Below are positions 50,901 through 64,000 of a stretch of 64,000 bases of DNA, in pieces. Positions within the stretch are counted from its first letter, which is position 1; the number at the start of each line of letters is the position of its first letter. The notes beneath the pieces were generated by a model. The model was not told where the DNA came from. It was given only the letters and a program-made list of their open reading frames with translations, and searched no databases. Source of the stretch: Eledone cirrhosa (Eukaryota); contig OZ024742.1 of NCBI GenBank assembly GCA_964016885.1, forward strand, positions 351,602,001 to 351,666,000, read 5' to 3'. The position numbers and the translations under genes are program-made.

Positions 50901-53390
50901 GGACGAAACCGTTCAATGGGCCCAGGTGGTGGAGGCGCGACGTTGCCATAGTCCACAATTCGGTCTTCGCCTGATCAAAACGGGCGCATGTTACTCGAAC
51001 CCAAGCAGATGTGTGCGGCTTTCAAAGGCATTTTGCTCAAATCTTCAGGAGCGGCGGCGGGCCGGTTCAAGTATGGACTTCGGTGCATACCTCGACAGAC
51101 TGACGCGGCTGTCGACGACCGCAGCGCAGTGCTGCGAAAAGCCGATAACAGCAGGCGAAATACGGGGCGCGATGTCTGACTGCACGAGGGCTAAATCGCC
51201 AGGTCTGCCCTACGAGCTTTATGCGTATATGCCAGGCATGTTCAGCGACCTCTTGGCAGATGACTACTGCAACTGGCAACAGAACGGGAGCAATCCCAGT
51301 TTTGTGAGCCGGGGAAAAGCTCCGAACAAGGGGGATGTTATAGAAAACTCCAGGACCATAACTCTGCTAAACGCAGAGTTAAAGATTTTGGACAAGGTTT
51401 TAGCAAAGATATTAGCGCTTGTCGTCAAGGATCTGGTGGGAGAGGCGCAGACATGCGCCATCCCGGGCAGATCCATCCAAGACAACCTCCATCTCAAGCT
51501 ATACATATAGAGAGGGTGGTTACGGAACCTGGCACTGGTGGAGCCCTGATCACCTTGGATCAATCTAAAGCATTTGATAGGGTCGACCGTCGGACCTGGC
51601 TGTGGTCCTGGAGGCGGTAGGCCTCGGGCCCGTTTTTAGGGGCTGGATCGCTGCGATGCACGGCTACATCAGCTCGACTGTCGCAGACTCTCAACATCAT
51701 GCACTCGATCCGCCAGGGTTGCCCCCTCTCGTGCCTCTTGTACGTACTGGCCCTAGAGCCTCTACTACACAGATTGGAGACGATGAGGGGGGAGGGGGTC
51801 CACGCCGACGACGTCACCGTGGTGGTGTCCAGCACCAAACACGTCTAGATGCTCGCCATCGCTCTCAAGGAATACGAAGCGGTGAATGGAGCAAAGATAA
51901 ACCAGGTAAAGTCGGTGGGCTCGCATCGTCGTGGGGCTCTGGACGGAAGGATCGCTTAAATTGCTAGGGGCCTGGTTCGGTCCGGACCTCCAGATGGAGA
52001 AGACCTGGAGCGACGTGACGAACATGGTGGCCTCTCTCACCCAGAAATGGGCTGAGAGGATGCTGTCTCTGAAAGGTCGGGTGGAGGTGGCGAATGCGTA
52101 CATAGCGTCTGTCATCTGCTACCGCCAGTCGTACCTTTCCCCCGGCCCAACTCTCACCAAAATTGAGCGCCTTCTCTTCCGCATTCTATGGAAGGGACGG
52201 GCTCCCATGATCAGACGATCCATTTGCTGTCAATATCCGTTGCGTGGAGGACTAGGCGTACCGTGTCTGATGATGTGCAAACATTCGCAGAGGCGGCGAC
52301 ATTTCTGGTGCTTCCTTCACGGTCAACAGGTGTGGTCGCCGTTTGCCAGACGCGCTTTTCCCCAGCTCGTCTCCTTGACGGAGCTGCAGTCCTGGATCAG
52401 GAAAAGACCAAGGGATAGCAATTGGAAACTGGAATGTCTCCAAGCGCTCACGGCCATCTACCGGCTGGGCACTAGTATCGGTGGAACATCCACCTCGGCG
52501 TTCTATAGAGGGCTAGTGGAGGGAAAGAGCGACGACGTTCTCGGGGAGACCGTGGACGTCGAAGACGATCACCTGTTCGCTCTCTTCAAGAGTACTTTAA
52601 GACCGGGGCCTATCGACAACTTCCAGAAATCTCTGGGCTGGCAGTGCTACCGGAGAGAGTTGCCGGTTCGGGATAATCTCTACAGGCACGGCAGTGCTGT
52701 CAGCCGAGCCTGTCGAGATGCGCGCAGGACATGTAAACCGTCCTGCATGCACTAGTTCAGTGCCCAAGGATTTCTGACTTGTGGAGCTATGTCGAATAGC
52801 TGCTGTCGCGTGTAGGACGGATTCGGTTATCGACTGAGTCCATTGTGCAGATAGCACCGTCATCTTCCTTTAAAGAGGAGGAAGGGCAGGCAGTTTTTAT
52901 CTGCCTGATGACCACGGCGAAACACATCGTGTGGGGATATAGATTGAAAGGGTTGAAGACGGACAATTTCCTCTCCGGACAATCCTTGATTCACTTTTTC
53001 AAGTTTCACTTGAAGAGGAGAATCAGGGTGGACAGGCAAGTTCTGTCTCAAGTAAGTTTGTTGAAAGGTGGGTGAAAGTGGCGAGTCTGGTCCGAGTGAA
53101 TGTGCCCGCTCTCAGTATACGCCTGTAGACTGAGGAGTGGCAAAAATGAGAGAAGGCGCTTGCCCAGGTGGTCAGGGTGGCTGTGGTCTTTCGTGTGGTT
53201 TTATCCACGAGTAACCCTCGGAGGTTTCCCCCTTCCTGGGGAATTTTTGTTGTTTGAATTTTTTGGGATTTCTAGACTGATTTTGTTATAACAGTTTACA
53301 CGACAAAACCCACTTTGTTTCGTCCTGTACTGTTCTGTGCCGTCTGTAATGTTTTTCTTCGTGTCAGCCCTTGTGGCCAACAAACAAACC
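47975..53390 (+). mobile_element. L1/Tx1-clade non-LTR retrotransposon, near full-length, decayed
   Basis: ORF1 zinc knuckle CCLCGQKGHLTAFC; ORF2 APE MAVLRIDSINVRGL..VAISET..VYAP..GDWN; RT KSPGLPYE, RTITLLNAELKILDKVLA, QTCAIPGRSIQDN, DQSKAFDRV, RQGCPLS, HADDV, LSLKGRVEV; (ATT)n on both sides. Confidence 0.92.
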
Positions 53391-53407
53391 ATTATTATTA
53401 TTATTAC

Positions 53408-53444
<37 letters not shown>

Positions 53445-53625
53445 GGGCAGTATCGGTAGAGAGTCGGACACCATACTTTGAAGCATAGAGTTAGGTCCGT
53501 TTATGATCTGAGTTCAAATCCCGTCGAGGTTAACTTTGCCTTTCATCCTTACGGGGTCGATAAAATAAAGTACCATTATATGTAATGGGTATTTGCTGGC
53601 CTTGTGCCTAAAATAGAAACAATTA
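53445..53625 (+). mobile_element. SINE family A
   Basis: Lies in the (ATT)n tail of the Tx1 element. Confidence 0.88.
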
Positions 53626-53633
53626 TTATTATA

Positions 53634-54752
53634 GGTGCATTTATCTTGCTTTCTGTTCATACGAGTTATCACCAATCACAATCAGAGACCTCAAGAGACA
53701 ACAAGGTCCGCCATGTTCAAGAAAGAACATACCTTCACACACATGCATCTTTAGGTGTTTAGACTTCTGATGTACTTATATTGACAGCATTTTCCTTAGT
53801 ATATGGGCAGTTCCCATTAGTACTATCTTTTGTATTTCTACCATACGCGGGTTTCCTGGGATTTGTGATAAGTAATCATTAGAATCCTTAGGTATCAGAC
53901 CACTGGTATTGTTTTAGTTCTCAACTTCCACATATTTCCAATTTCTATCTCCAGGTCCTTATACTTGCTCAATTTTTCAAATGTTTTATAGATACATTCT
54001 TGTCTATTGGAACGGACATATCAATTAGCAGGCATACCCTCTTTTTAAAGTCCTTCAGTATTATATCATGTCTACTTGCATCTATTTTTCAGTTTATTTG
54101 GATGCCAAAGTTCCACAAGATTGAGATGTGATCTTTTTCAAGTCCGGGAGGCGGTTCATGATCCTACCAATTCTTTTGATGAGGTAGGTCAAAATGCTTA
54201 CACATTATCCAATGTATGTATTGTGCAGCTCTGTCGTGCCTGTTTAGGTATTTGGTTTCAGCTATACATCTGCACATTGAAATTATATGATCAATGGTTA
54301 CTGCTGTTTTTTTTACATACACGGCATAATGGGTTGCATCCATCTTTTATTATCTTGGCTTGGTAAACTTTTGCTGGCAGACACTGGTCTTGTGCTGATA
54401 TAATCAGTCCGTCAGTCTACGATTTCAGTCCAGAGGATGCCAACCTCTGATGGGTTAAAGTTTTATCAACATCAGTATTGTTAGCTTTTTCTGGGTATTT
54501 TCCATACAGAGGCTTTTCTTGTCATTTCTTAGCCAGTTTCTGTAGCAGTTCTTTCTTCGCAGTTACTTTTACCTGCTTTGATTTTTCTGTGTTTTTCATT
54601 TCAGCAGTAAATGGAACTTCTGAAATCTATAGTCCATTACTGTATATTTGTGCATCTTTTGTAATGGAGTATGATCTTTTGATGCTTTCGTGTTTCAAAA
54701 CGAGTTTGATCATCCAGTCATGTGATTACCTTAGATATGTAGATAATCCAAT
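53634..54752 (-). mobile_element. R4/Dong element, 5'-truncated second copy
   Basis: Reverse complement aligns by eye to about 42606-43737. Confidence 0.92.
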
Positions 54753-54904
54753 TGCTTCACAGTGGATAATAGCCCTTTTAATTGCTCATAATATTTTGCA
54801 TATAGTTTCAGGTCATCCATGTAGAACAAGTGATTACTGGTTTTGTCATAGACTTTATATCCATGTTTTGTTTTATTGAGCATTTTACTATTATTATTGT
54901 TATT

Positions 54905-55090
54905 GGTGGAATGGCAGTATCGGTAGAGGGTCGGACACCATGATTCAACACAGAGTTACGGCCCTTGCCATTCTGAGGTCAAATCCCGCCGAGGTTAACT
55001 TTGCCTTTCATCCTTACGGGGTCGATAAAATAAAGTACCAGTAAAGCAGTGGGTTATTGCTGGCCTTGTGCCAAAAGTAGAAACAATTAT
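54905..55090 (+). mobile_element. SINE family A
   Basis: Full-length consensus match. Confidence 0.9.
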
Positions 55091-55269
55091 TATTATTGTT
55101 ATTTTTTATTTTCTTTCGTTATTGTTTCTAAGATATATGCCGAGTGTCTTCCTGACATCCAGGGCAAATAAATTCACATTGTGCATTGGTAAGCCAGTTA
55201 ATACAGCACATTGGTTATAATAAGAAAAAAAGAAAAAGAATTATACATATATACACATGTGCATATGCA

Positions 55270-56448
55270 TATTTTAAATACAAGGAGGGATATCAATCTT
55301 ACAGAGATAGTGCTCTTCTCAATACGTGTGCAGTACCAGTCAAAACAATTTTTTGGACCTTGTGCAGAGAGGGTAAACCAGGAATCATTCGCAAATATTG
55401 TTCTGTTCTTTTCTATATCAATCCCAGTCCTCCCACAATCACTGGTATTGTAACGGCCATAAGGTGCCACATTTTGTCAATTTCAATAAGCATATCTTTA
55501 TAATTTCGTAGCTTGACAAATTCTCTTGCCGCGATATTGTGATCACATGGGATGCTCATATCTATCAATAAACATACGTTGTTATGTTGATCTTTCACAA
55601 TGATGTCAGGTCTATTTGCTTTTATGGTACTGTCAGTATGTACAGGAAAGTCCCAAAGAATTGTTACTTTTTCTCATTCAGTTACAGACTCAGGGTGATG
55701 ATTGTACCAGTTGTCTTCAGCTTTGATTTTGTAATGCCGACATATTACCCAGTGTAGATATTGGCCAACTCTGTCATGTCTATACTGGGTCTAAATCTTT
55801 ACATCCAGTGTAAAGTTTTAGCCACTGTTCCAACCCCAGCATTGCAGAATCGGCACTTTGTGTTTATTCCGTTTTTCATCACATTGGCCTGGTAATTACG
55901 AGTCAATAAGCTTTGATCTTGGGCAGCTATGATGCAACAGTTTTTTAGTCTGTCCAACCTGGGAATCAAGCATGAGATCAGTAGCATATGTTTTGCTCTC
56001 CTTCAAGATATAATGAAGCTTCTTACTTCTCTCATGTTAACAACAAGTTTCAGCATACAGTCGTTAGTTGTTTCAAGGTATTTGGCCAGTTCAATGATGG
56101 TGGTCTTGTAAGCAAGTTCAAATTGGATCAGGCCACGGCCTGCTTGAGGTCTAGGAAGGTAAAGACGATCTACATCTGCTTTTGGGTGGTGCATCCTATT
56201 ACAGGCCTGTAGCTTAGTAGCTTACGGACTTTGGTGTCGATTCTTTTGAATTCACTCATAATCTAGTTCAACACCCCGAATCTATAAGTAATAACTGGGA
56301 TTGCCAAGGAATTTATTGCTAGCACCTTGTTACGTGCGTTTAGTTCTGATCTCAGAACTGCACGTACTCTCCTGTAACATTCTTTCCTTATCCCCTCTTT
56401 CATACTTGCATGCTGTATGCCAGAGCCCTCATTAATCCCTAAATATTT
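55270..56448 (-). mobile_element. R4/Dong-clade element, second family, 5'-truncated
   Basis: KYLGINEGSGIQH, MHHPKADVDRLYLPR..GRGLIQ, IIAAQDQSL, KCRFC, RPDIIVKD..LLIDMSIP, KIVLTGTAHVLRRALSL*. Confidence 0.9.
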
Positions 56449-56828
56449 AAAGGTGGGTGAACGTAGCGAGAATGGTCCGAGTGAACGGGACCGCTCTGAA
56501 TATACGCCTGTAGTTTGAGAATTGGAAACATTGAGAGAGGGAGCTTGCCCTGGTGGTCAGGATAGCCGTGGTCTTTTGTGTGGTTTTCGCCACGCGTAAC
56601 CCTCGGAGGTTTCCCCCTATTGAGGAACTTTTCATTGTTTCAATTTTCATTTTTATTGTTTCTATATATGTATATGTTTCTATGTCTTTTTTTTTTCTTT
56701 TCTTATATAAATAATAAAAATCTGTATACGCACAAAACCCATATTATACCGCCCTGTACCGTCCTGTACCGTTCTGTGCCGTCTGTAATGTTTTTCTTGA
56801 TGTCAGCCCTTGTGGCCAATAAAGAAAT
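56449..56828 (+). mobile_element. Tx1 3' end copy
   Basis: Similar to 53065-53390; (ATT)n tail. Confidence 0.88.
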
Positions 56829-56830
56829 CA

Positions 56831-56882
<52 letters not shown>

Positions 56883-56899
56883 CATTATTATTATTATTG

Positions 56900-57565
56900 T
56901 TCTTTGAGTCTCAGTCATTGATGTTAGTTAACTGGAAAGTTTGTTGAAATGAATATCAATCCACTACATGCAGCCTCAGATATTCAGTACGTATCGGAGG
57001 GCTCTTGCTGTTCCCAGCAAGCACGCCTTTTGAAGCGTTCCAGAAAGCGTGGCGGGGCCAATCTTCTTTAACCATCCCTGGAAACTTTTTGAGATAGTAC
57101 CTATGCGCCTATGACAATCTGGACCACTTTGACTTCATGGTAGTTCCAAATCATGTTTACCTCCCACTTTAAGTCCTGGTATCGGTTAATTTTCTCCCTC
57201 TCCTTCTCTTGCACTCTCGTGTCGAATGGGCAGGCCACATCCACAATCAGGCACGATTTTTGTCCATTGTCCAAAACCACCAGTTCAGGTCTATTGTGTT
57301 CCAGTTTCTTGTCCGTCTGTATCCTAAAATACCACAGCACCTTCACCTGATCGTTTTCTATCACCGACTCTGGCTTATGCTCATACCACTTCTCAGAATG
57401 TGGTAAATTGTTTACTTTGCATATGTGCCAGTGGATCACCCTGCCCATCACATAATGTCTCTAGCCCTTATAGCTAGGTGTTTACACTCGGATACAATGT
57501 GAGCCACAGTCTCCTCTCTATCTCTCCACAGATCCTGCACAGTGGGCTAGTCTCCTCCTTGTAAA
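56900..57565 (-). mobile_element. R4-clade element, third family, RLE end
   Basis: ETVAHIVSEC, WYEHKPESVIEN, NRPELVV..IVDVACPFD, QKACLLGTARALR. Confidence 0.88.
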
Positions 57566-57596
57566 TATGGTGTTTCAATTATTATTATTATTATTA

Positions 57597-57658
57597 TTAC
57601 AGCTGCATTTATCTTGCTTTATGTGTATACGAGGTATCACCAAGTCACAACCAGTGAT
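57597..57658 (-). mobile_element. About 60 bp Dong 3'-terminal fragment in (TTA)n
   Basis: Matches 43686-43745. Confidence 0.85.
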
Positions 57659-57662
57659 TATT

Positions 57663-57712
<50 letters not shown>

Positions 57713-58540
57713 CATTATTATCTTTATTATTATTGATAATAACAATTTAATTCTAAGTAAAATGCTGAGAGAATACAATTCAAGATCAACATTTGGAAAG
57801 ACAATAAATAAATTTGCCGAACACTGACGCACAATTGTAGTGAACACGTGAGAAGAGAAAGAGACAAAGAAATCTCCCTCCACACTCGTGTCCTGGGACA
57901 TTTTTAAACATAGATACAAACAAAACAACATAACCATAAATCAACACTTCATTGTTTCGGATTTATAACTGACGGAGAAGTGATTGGATCGGAAATCGAT
58001 TTTTTAAACTGAAACAATATGTTTCTAATAATAGATTTATTATTGGCCCTCTGGTATCGCTGAAACAAATGCAGCGATTAACATACACCGTGAATAGCAA
58101 TCGGGCTGGTGGAGGAGAGAATTAAAATAGCCTTGAAGTTAGTTTTTGTTTTGGATGATTGGATATAGTAGTTTGTGCTCAACCAGTGAAGAGCTAATAT
58201 AAGTGTCCGGAATTATGTCCCGAGTGACCCCAAAATGGAGGTTGTATGTCAACAGTTACGTATAAACATAATCGACCACCGTAGAACTGTTATATCAAAC
58301 AAGAAGTTGGGACAACACGTGTAGATCATATAGGGCTATTTCGAAACTAAATGCATGGAAATCAGGGTATTGTTAGTTTGAAACTAACTTTATGTAAATA
58401 AATTCAGGGATCTACATCTGAAGATTTCTTGCACACATAACTGTGTAGCATCACCATAATTTCAGCACTGCGACATATATTTCATTACTGCCGCACCTGA
58501 TTTCTGTATATGGTGAAGTCATCTCCTGTTTATATATATA

Positions 58541-58635
<95 letters not shown>

Positions 58636-58645
58636 TGTATATGTG

Positions 58646-58702
58646 AGTGTAGAAATAGCCTTAGATACAGATTGATCTCTGCCGGCGGGATCCTGACTCT
58701 TT

Positions 58703-58705
<3 letters not shown>
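58646..58705 (+). repeat. Degenerate family H fragment
   Basis: AGTGTAGAAATAGCC..TCTCTGCCGGCGGGA followed by (TA)n. Confidence 0.5.
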
Positions 58706-58739
<34 letters not shown>

Positions 58740-58746
<7 letters not shown>

Positions 58747-59493
58747 CTGAAGTAGTGTGTGTGTGTGTGTGTGTGTCCTAATTTCGGAAAGTCTATACGA
58801 ATCCACATTTCTACTCCGATTGACTTCAAACTTGCATTTATATATCCCTTGCGGTCTAAATGTATTAAAAGCAGCTTTTATTTTTCAATTTTGTGGTGTT
58901 AAACGCCTTTTTTTGTCACTTAAACTTTAAGCCCTTTTTGTCAGTTCGGCAATTTTGTCTACAATGTTCAAGAGAGATCACTCTTTAGTAATTAAAAGAG
59001 TTACCTATCTTTATAGACTATATTATCCCTACTTAAACGTACATCCCTTCAAATTGTTGACGTTGACCCCAATAATAATTCCGAAGCGTTCGTCATCCGA
59101 TATATCAGTTCGGTCTATATCAGATTAGGTAGATGTTTCTAACCTTAAAAGCATCCTACTAAATGTCTTCATGCTCTCCACCACTGCAGTCCCACATGCT
59201 TATTGCTCTGTAACTTTCATTGTACCATAGCACAACAAATACATGTTCGGTTTGTCGAATGCCTTTTTACTTAACCCTATCGTCTTGGCTTTCGTGGGTT
59301 CAACATTATACTCTCAGGCACCCACTTAAGTTAAACACCTGGTAATCTAAAACGAATTATTTTTATAAGCACAACATGTAGACACCATCCCCAGGCCGAG
59401 GTATTCCGTACTTCTTTGCACTCTTTCAGAATGGAGGGATACACATCCAAATCTATGTTTAGTAGCCCGAGCAACGCCTGGCCATTTTGCTCG
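58740..59493 (+). mobile_element. Non-autonomous Helitron
   Basis: TATATATAA start, (GT)n, 3' hairpin CCCGAGCAACGCCTGG and degenerate CTAG (CTCG); same 3' motif as the element at 31594. Confidence 0.65.
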
Positions 59494-59520
<27 letters not shown>

Positions 59521-59524
<4 letters not shown>

Positions 59525-60060
59525 CAGGAAAGAAGGTTGACATGGTTTGCTATACAAAAAAGGTTTTTAATCTAAGAGCTGACAATTGTTTCTCTGAACT
59601 GGTGGGTCTAGATATCGTTATTCGCTTGTTTTCACGTTAATCGATCGCCAATACAAAATTATAACCAGTCAGTTCTTCGGAGTTGCGATAATGAAGAGAA
59701 TACACAGGCAAGAAAAGAATATACAGGCTACTATATGAAGTAGTAAGGGCATTCAGTTAGAACAATAACAACAATTACAACAATGCTATTAATAAATTAT
59801 TTAAGGAAACCCTGACATTACTTAGGTGGGGGGTATAGTGTATCTAAGATTTCGGCGTGTAAAACGAGCTGTCATGAGGAAGAAGTAAAAGTTTGGCATG
59901 TACAGAGTATCGAAGTGTGTATCAATTTTAAATTATAAAGATAAGCCAGTGTTTACAGTCTTTCTTTTCATCTTCAATAACATACATGAGTGGGACAACA
60001 CTGTCAAAGCTAAATAGTTGTTGAGTTAATACAGAGGTTAAGGAGGTAATATACGCATAT

Positions 60061-60142
<82 letters not shown>

Positions 60143-60160
60143 ACACACACACACACACAT

Positions 60161-60193
<33 letters not shown>

Positions 60194-60728
60194 CACATGC
60201 ATGTGTACATAGACACATACATACACATCAATATACGCTCGTACACAAATATACATACATGCAAAGAGATAAGCGTGCTAATTGTAATTATGGCAAAAGG
60301 AAGGTAAAGTTACATTGTAGTAGTGATTTGAGAAAAAACTAGGGTTAAGGATCAAATGATGGCAGTAGCTGAGAAAGAATAAGTTTGTGTGTTGATGAGG
60401 TACTTACAGACATTTGTGTGGTATAGACTTGTGAAGGCTAGAGTATACTTAATGAATATATTCATGTGGGTAGTAGGTATCCTAATTTAGAGAAACAATT
60501 GTCAGCTATGAGATTAAAGACCTTTTTTGTATAGCAAACCATGTCAACCTTCTTTCCTGATTTATTATTACTCCAAGTGTTTACAACATAGGAATTACAG
60601 CATACCCGCAGTATCACTATGAAAACGCCTTGTTGAGTCAAACCAAGCCAAGCGTAGATATCATCCACTACCTGGAATACCATAACTGGACTATACCTAA
60701 GTGAACTGCATTTAACTATTATTTGTTA
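59521..60728 (+). mobile_element. PLE3-family non-coding insertion: inverted pLTR (59521-60488) plus a short sense end and tail (about 60489-60728)
   Basis: Homologous to 35753-36625 and 38003-38240; (TA)n on both sides. Confidence 0.9.
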
Positions 60729-60732
60729 CCCC

Positions 60733-60822
<90 letters not shown>

Positions 60823-61117
60823 CTGTAAAGCCATTTCTATATTACAAATGTATACTCTGCTATATATTGAGTACCTTACTTACTGTGGTTAACCCCCATT
60901 GAACACCACACACACACCACGCATACACACACACACATACTCACACATATATCCTCACGGAACTTATAACATGAAGTCAACATGAGGATATGTCACTATT
61001 TTTACACCAATTACTATATTTTATCTTACGAAAGCGTACTTAAATATTAGTACTCTTGAAATACGTATAATAAAATAAATATGGTATTATAAAGATATTT
61101 TCCACATATTAATATTA

Positions 61118-61155
<38 letters not shown>

Positions 61156-61419
61156 ACGAGTATAGTATAAATAATTAGAAAAGTGACATAAACACGTATT
61201 GGGTTCTGCGGCCAATTCATTCACCTATCATAAGAAAAAAAAAATGGCCGTCTGGGGTTGATTGTGCTTTCCTTTTTATAAATACTTCATAAGAGTTTAA
61301 AGAAAGGCAAGTAATATAGAAATTAGTTAGAAAAAGTGTTTTTTTTTTATTTAATTACAAGTTAAGATCAAGGCAGCTAACTCTTGATGGACCACAGTCA
61401 AGATTGAAGAATAATAATA

Positions 61420-61505
61420 TAATTGTTTCTACATTTCGCACAAAGCCAGCAATTATCCCAGTGCATTACTGATTTGAACTCAGAACGTAAGGGACGGTAA
61501 CTCTA
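61420..61505 (-). mobile_element. Internally deleted SINE family A
   Basis: 3' end joined to the B-box region. Confidence 0.65.
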
Positions 61506-61965
61506 CAATGCAAACCGTGCTGATCCAGTTATAAGGCTACTAAATGTTAATAATTACACGATTGGTTACTAACAGGGAATAGGTTAACTACAACCCTTCT
61601 GGAAAGGGTAACAATAATTATTTGCTCATTCGCGAAAGCAACAGATATATGTGAGTGTCTCTGTGAGAATTTATGAGCAACCATGGGTGACTGATCAATC
61701 TCTGTTTAACACGGACAACTTTTTTATTTAATGTTTAGTACAACAACCAGAAGTTATACAATGAAATATTAATAAAAACAAAATTAAGTAATAAAAGATC
61801 CACACCCAACTTCAGTATAAACAAATTATGTAGCCCCTTGGAGACACACGTTGATAATAAATGTATTTGATATTGACAACAGAGCCCCTAATATCCTACC
61901 AGTTGTTAGCTTTCCTTTCATTTCTCTTCGACTGATACAAACCCCATTTATGTCTCAGCAATAAT

Positions 61966-62146
61966 GATTCTACTTTTGGCACAAGGCCAACAAATACTGA
62001 GTGTATTACTGGTACTTTATTTTATCGACCCCATAAGGATGAAAAGCAGAGTTAACCTCGACGGATTTGAATTCAGACCGTAAAAGGACATAACTCTATG
62101 CTGCCAAGCATGGCATCCGACGCTCTACCGATACTGCCAATCCACT
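61966..62146 (-). mobile_element. SINE family A
   Basis: Full-length reverse-complement match. Confidence 0.9.
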
Positions 62147-62397
62147 AATAATATGAAAGTGTCATACATTAACTTGTATCAATCAATTATCGTCATTGGA
62201 CAGAATAAAAGAACATATATTGCAACTCCCTTAAAATAACGTATAACCCTTGCCTGTAGAACAATGAGGGTATGGGTGGAGCCAGTCAAGCATTGAAAGT
62301 GAATTCTATACAGCAAATTATAAGGAATGTATATGACATTAGGCTAGATAGGAAGCAGGTGAAAAAGGATTCTGGAGAAAATAGAGAGGGGACGTTA

Positions 62398-62695
62398 TAG
62401 AATAGGTGAATAAAATGAGATTAGAAGATAATAAATAAATAAAAAATATATATAATTATGAAATTGGATAGTCAAAAGTACTAAAACAATCTCCAGAGTC
62501 TAAAACAGCCGCTATATTTAGTTGGTATTGCGTTTTCGGCCAATGCTATAGAATAGGTTAATAAATTGAGATTAGAAGATACTAAATAAATAAAAAAATT
62601 ATATAATTGGATAGGAAAAATTAATAAAAAAAATCTATAGAGTCTAAAAGAGCTGCTATATTTAGTTGGTATTGCATTTTCGGTTAATGCTATAT
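62398..62695. repeat. Tandem duplication, about 150 bp x2, in the PLE4 3' UTR
   Basis: TAGAATAGG..GAGATTAGAAGAT..GCTATATTTAGTTGGTATTGC..AATGCTATA occurs twice. Confidence 0.85.
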
Positions 62696-63820
62696 ATAAT
62701 TTACTGGGTGGGAGTACCGAGGCTACAGAAGCCCGATGGGCTGCCTCGAGATAGGCGAAAGGGAAAAAGGAAAAGGAAGAGGATAGGGAGTGGAAGGTTG
62801 TGATAAGAAGAGATATAGGGAAGAAGAAAAGAAAAGAAGGACATCTACCCATGTTAGCTGGTGTTTCCTCTATCTTGTTCGGCAACTGGGGAAAAGGAGG
62901 ATGTTGCAGTCAGAGTCTACCCACCCGGGTCATGAGGGGGTTTGAGGGCGAGGTAAGTCCTACGGAATCGGTGTATGCATGCAGTTACAAGTTCATTTTT
63001 TTATTTAGGGGTTGGTTCTTCGTAAACAACACTTGTAAGGTCTCCTCCAAGCATAAGTTAAAAGGACAGCGTCCTCCCCTGCAGGAGTTAGCCCTGGACA
63101 GTAAACTCCAAGTAAGATTGTATGTTATGTTATTATCTTGGAGGTCCCAGATGTGGCTCGAAAGAGTAGTGGCATGACGCCGGTGCGGGTTTCGGAACGT
63201 ATGTCGGTGTTGGTAGAGCCGGGTCTTAATGTCAGAAGCTGGTAATCCTATATAGGCTTTGTTGGAGGTTTCCGTCCTCACGTTGCATTGGTAGATTACG
63301 TTACGTTCTCAGTATCTGTTGTTGAGGGGGGTACGTAGATCTATCAGGGAAATTACAACTCCTGGTCGGCTCTCCACTAATGTCTAGGTTGTTTATTCCA
63401 TAGGTGTTGAGTTTCTTGTTGTTTGAGGAGGCGATGTTTTGTGCAAAGTTGGCTGTGGTGCTATAGGAGTGTTTGATAGTATTTTTGTTGATTATGTGGT
63501 GGTAGCGGTGTTGTGGTGGGAAGCATTTTCGTGGAGCCTAAAGAAGATTTTCCCGATATGTGTTGCCACCTCGGCATTGTGGGAGAGTTGAACCACGTTA
63601 CGTGGCGTGATCGGCGGCACCGCCTGCTGGTTCCGCTAAGGGAAGCTGGATAGGAGGAGATTTTCTCCCGAAAGCCGCTTCGCTTGAAGGACTGGTTGTA
63701 ATGAGGCGCGTGTTCATTAGCGGACACAGAGATATGCGGAGCAAGATGTTTTTAAGTAGGTTATAGTTGATGTTTCTAGAACTGTTAGAGCGGCGGTGGA
63801 TGTAGTGCAGTTTGTCGTAT
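62398..63820 (-). mobile_element. Penelope-like retroelement 4, decayed (same clade as PLE3)
   Basis: HYNQSFKRSGF, RHVTWFNSP, NVIYQCNV..AYIGL..KTRLYQH..TTLSSHIWDLQD..CLEE. Confidence 0.88.
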
Positions 63821-63880
63821 CCATATAAGGAATTATCCCTTGAAAAGTTCGACTATTTATTTACCACGCTAAACATTCTA

Positions 63881-63939
63881 ATTTAGTCCAGAAATAGCCA
63901 TCGAAACGGCTTGAGCTCTGTCGTCGGGGTTAAACATTT
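63881..63939 (+). repeat. Family H fragment
   Basis: ATTTAGTCCAGAAATAGCCATCGAAACGGCTTGAGCTCTGTCGTCGGGGTT followed by a TA-rich run. Confidence 0.8.
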
Positions 63940-63958
63940 AACTATATTTATATATAAA

Positions 63959-64000
<42 letters not shown>

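Overview
AT-rich, microsatellite-dense animal genomic DNA. The SINE and retroelement content suggests a mollusc, probably a coleoid cephalopod (inference). I see no credible host gene: almost all ORF-track entries are microsatellite translations or retroelement fragments. The window holds at least four Penelope-like elements (PLEs; RT and/or C-terminal GIY-YIG, most with inverted pseudo-LTRs) plus several non-coding PLE-type remnants in (TA)n. It also holds a CRE-like element, a near full-length R4/Dong element and other R4 fragments, a near full-length L1/Tx1 element, RTE fragments, two non-autonomous Helitrons and about 20 copies of a tRNA-derived SINE. The most interesting signals are RNA-structural and were folded by eye only. 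(1) The PLE ends carry hammerhead-like ribozymes, including a CCGANGA (U4C) core with a long stem II in two unrelated families, a UUGAAAA (U3-A8) core, and a family always truncated at stem II. (2) Two PLE termini carry a tandem E2F/E-box/CCAAT module. (3) The SINE and the Tx1 element share a covarying 3' hairpin.
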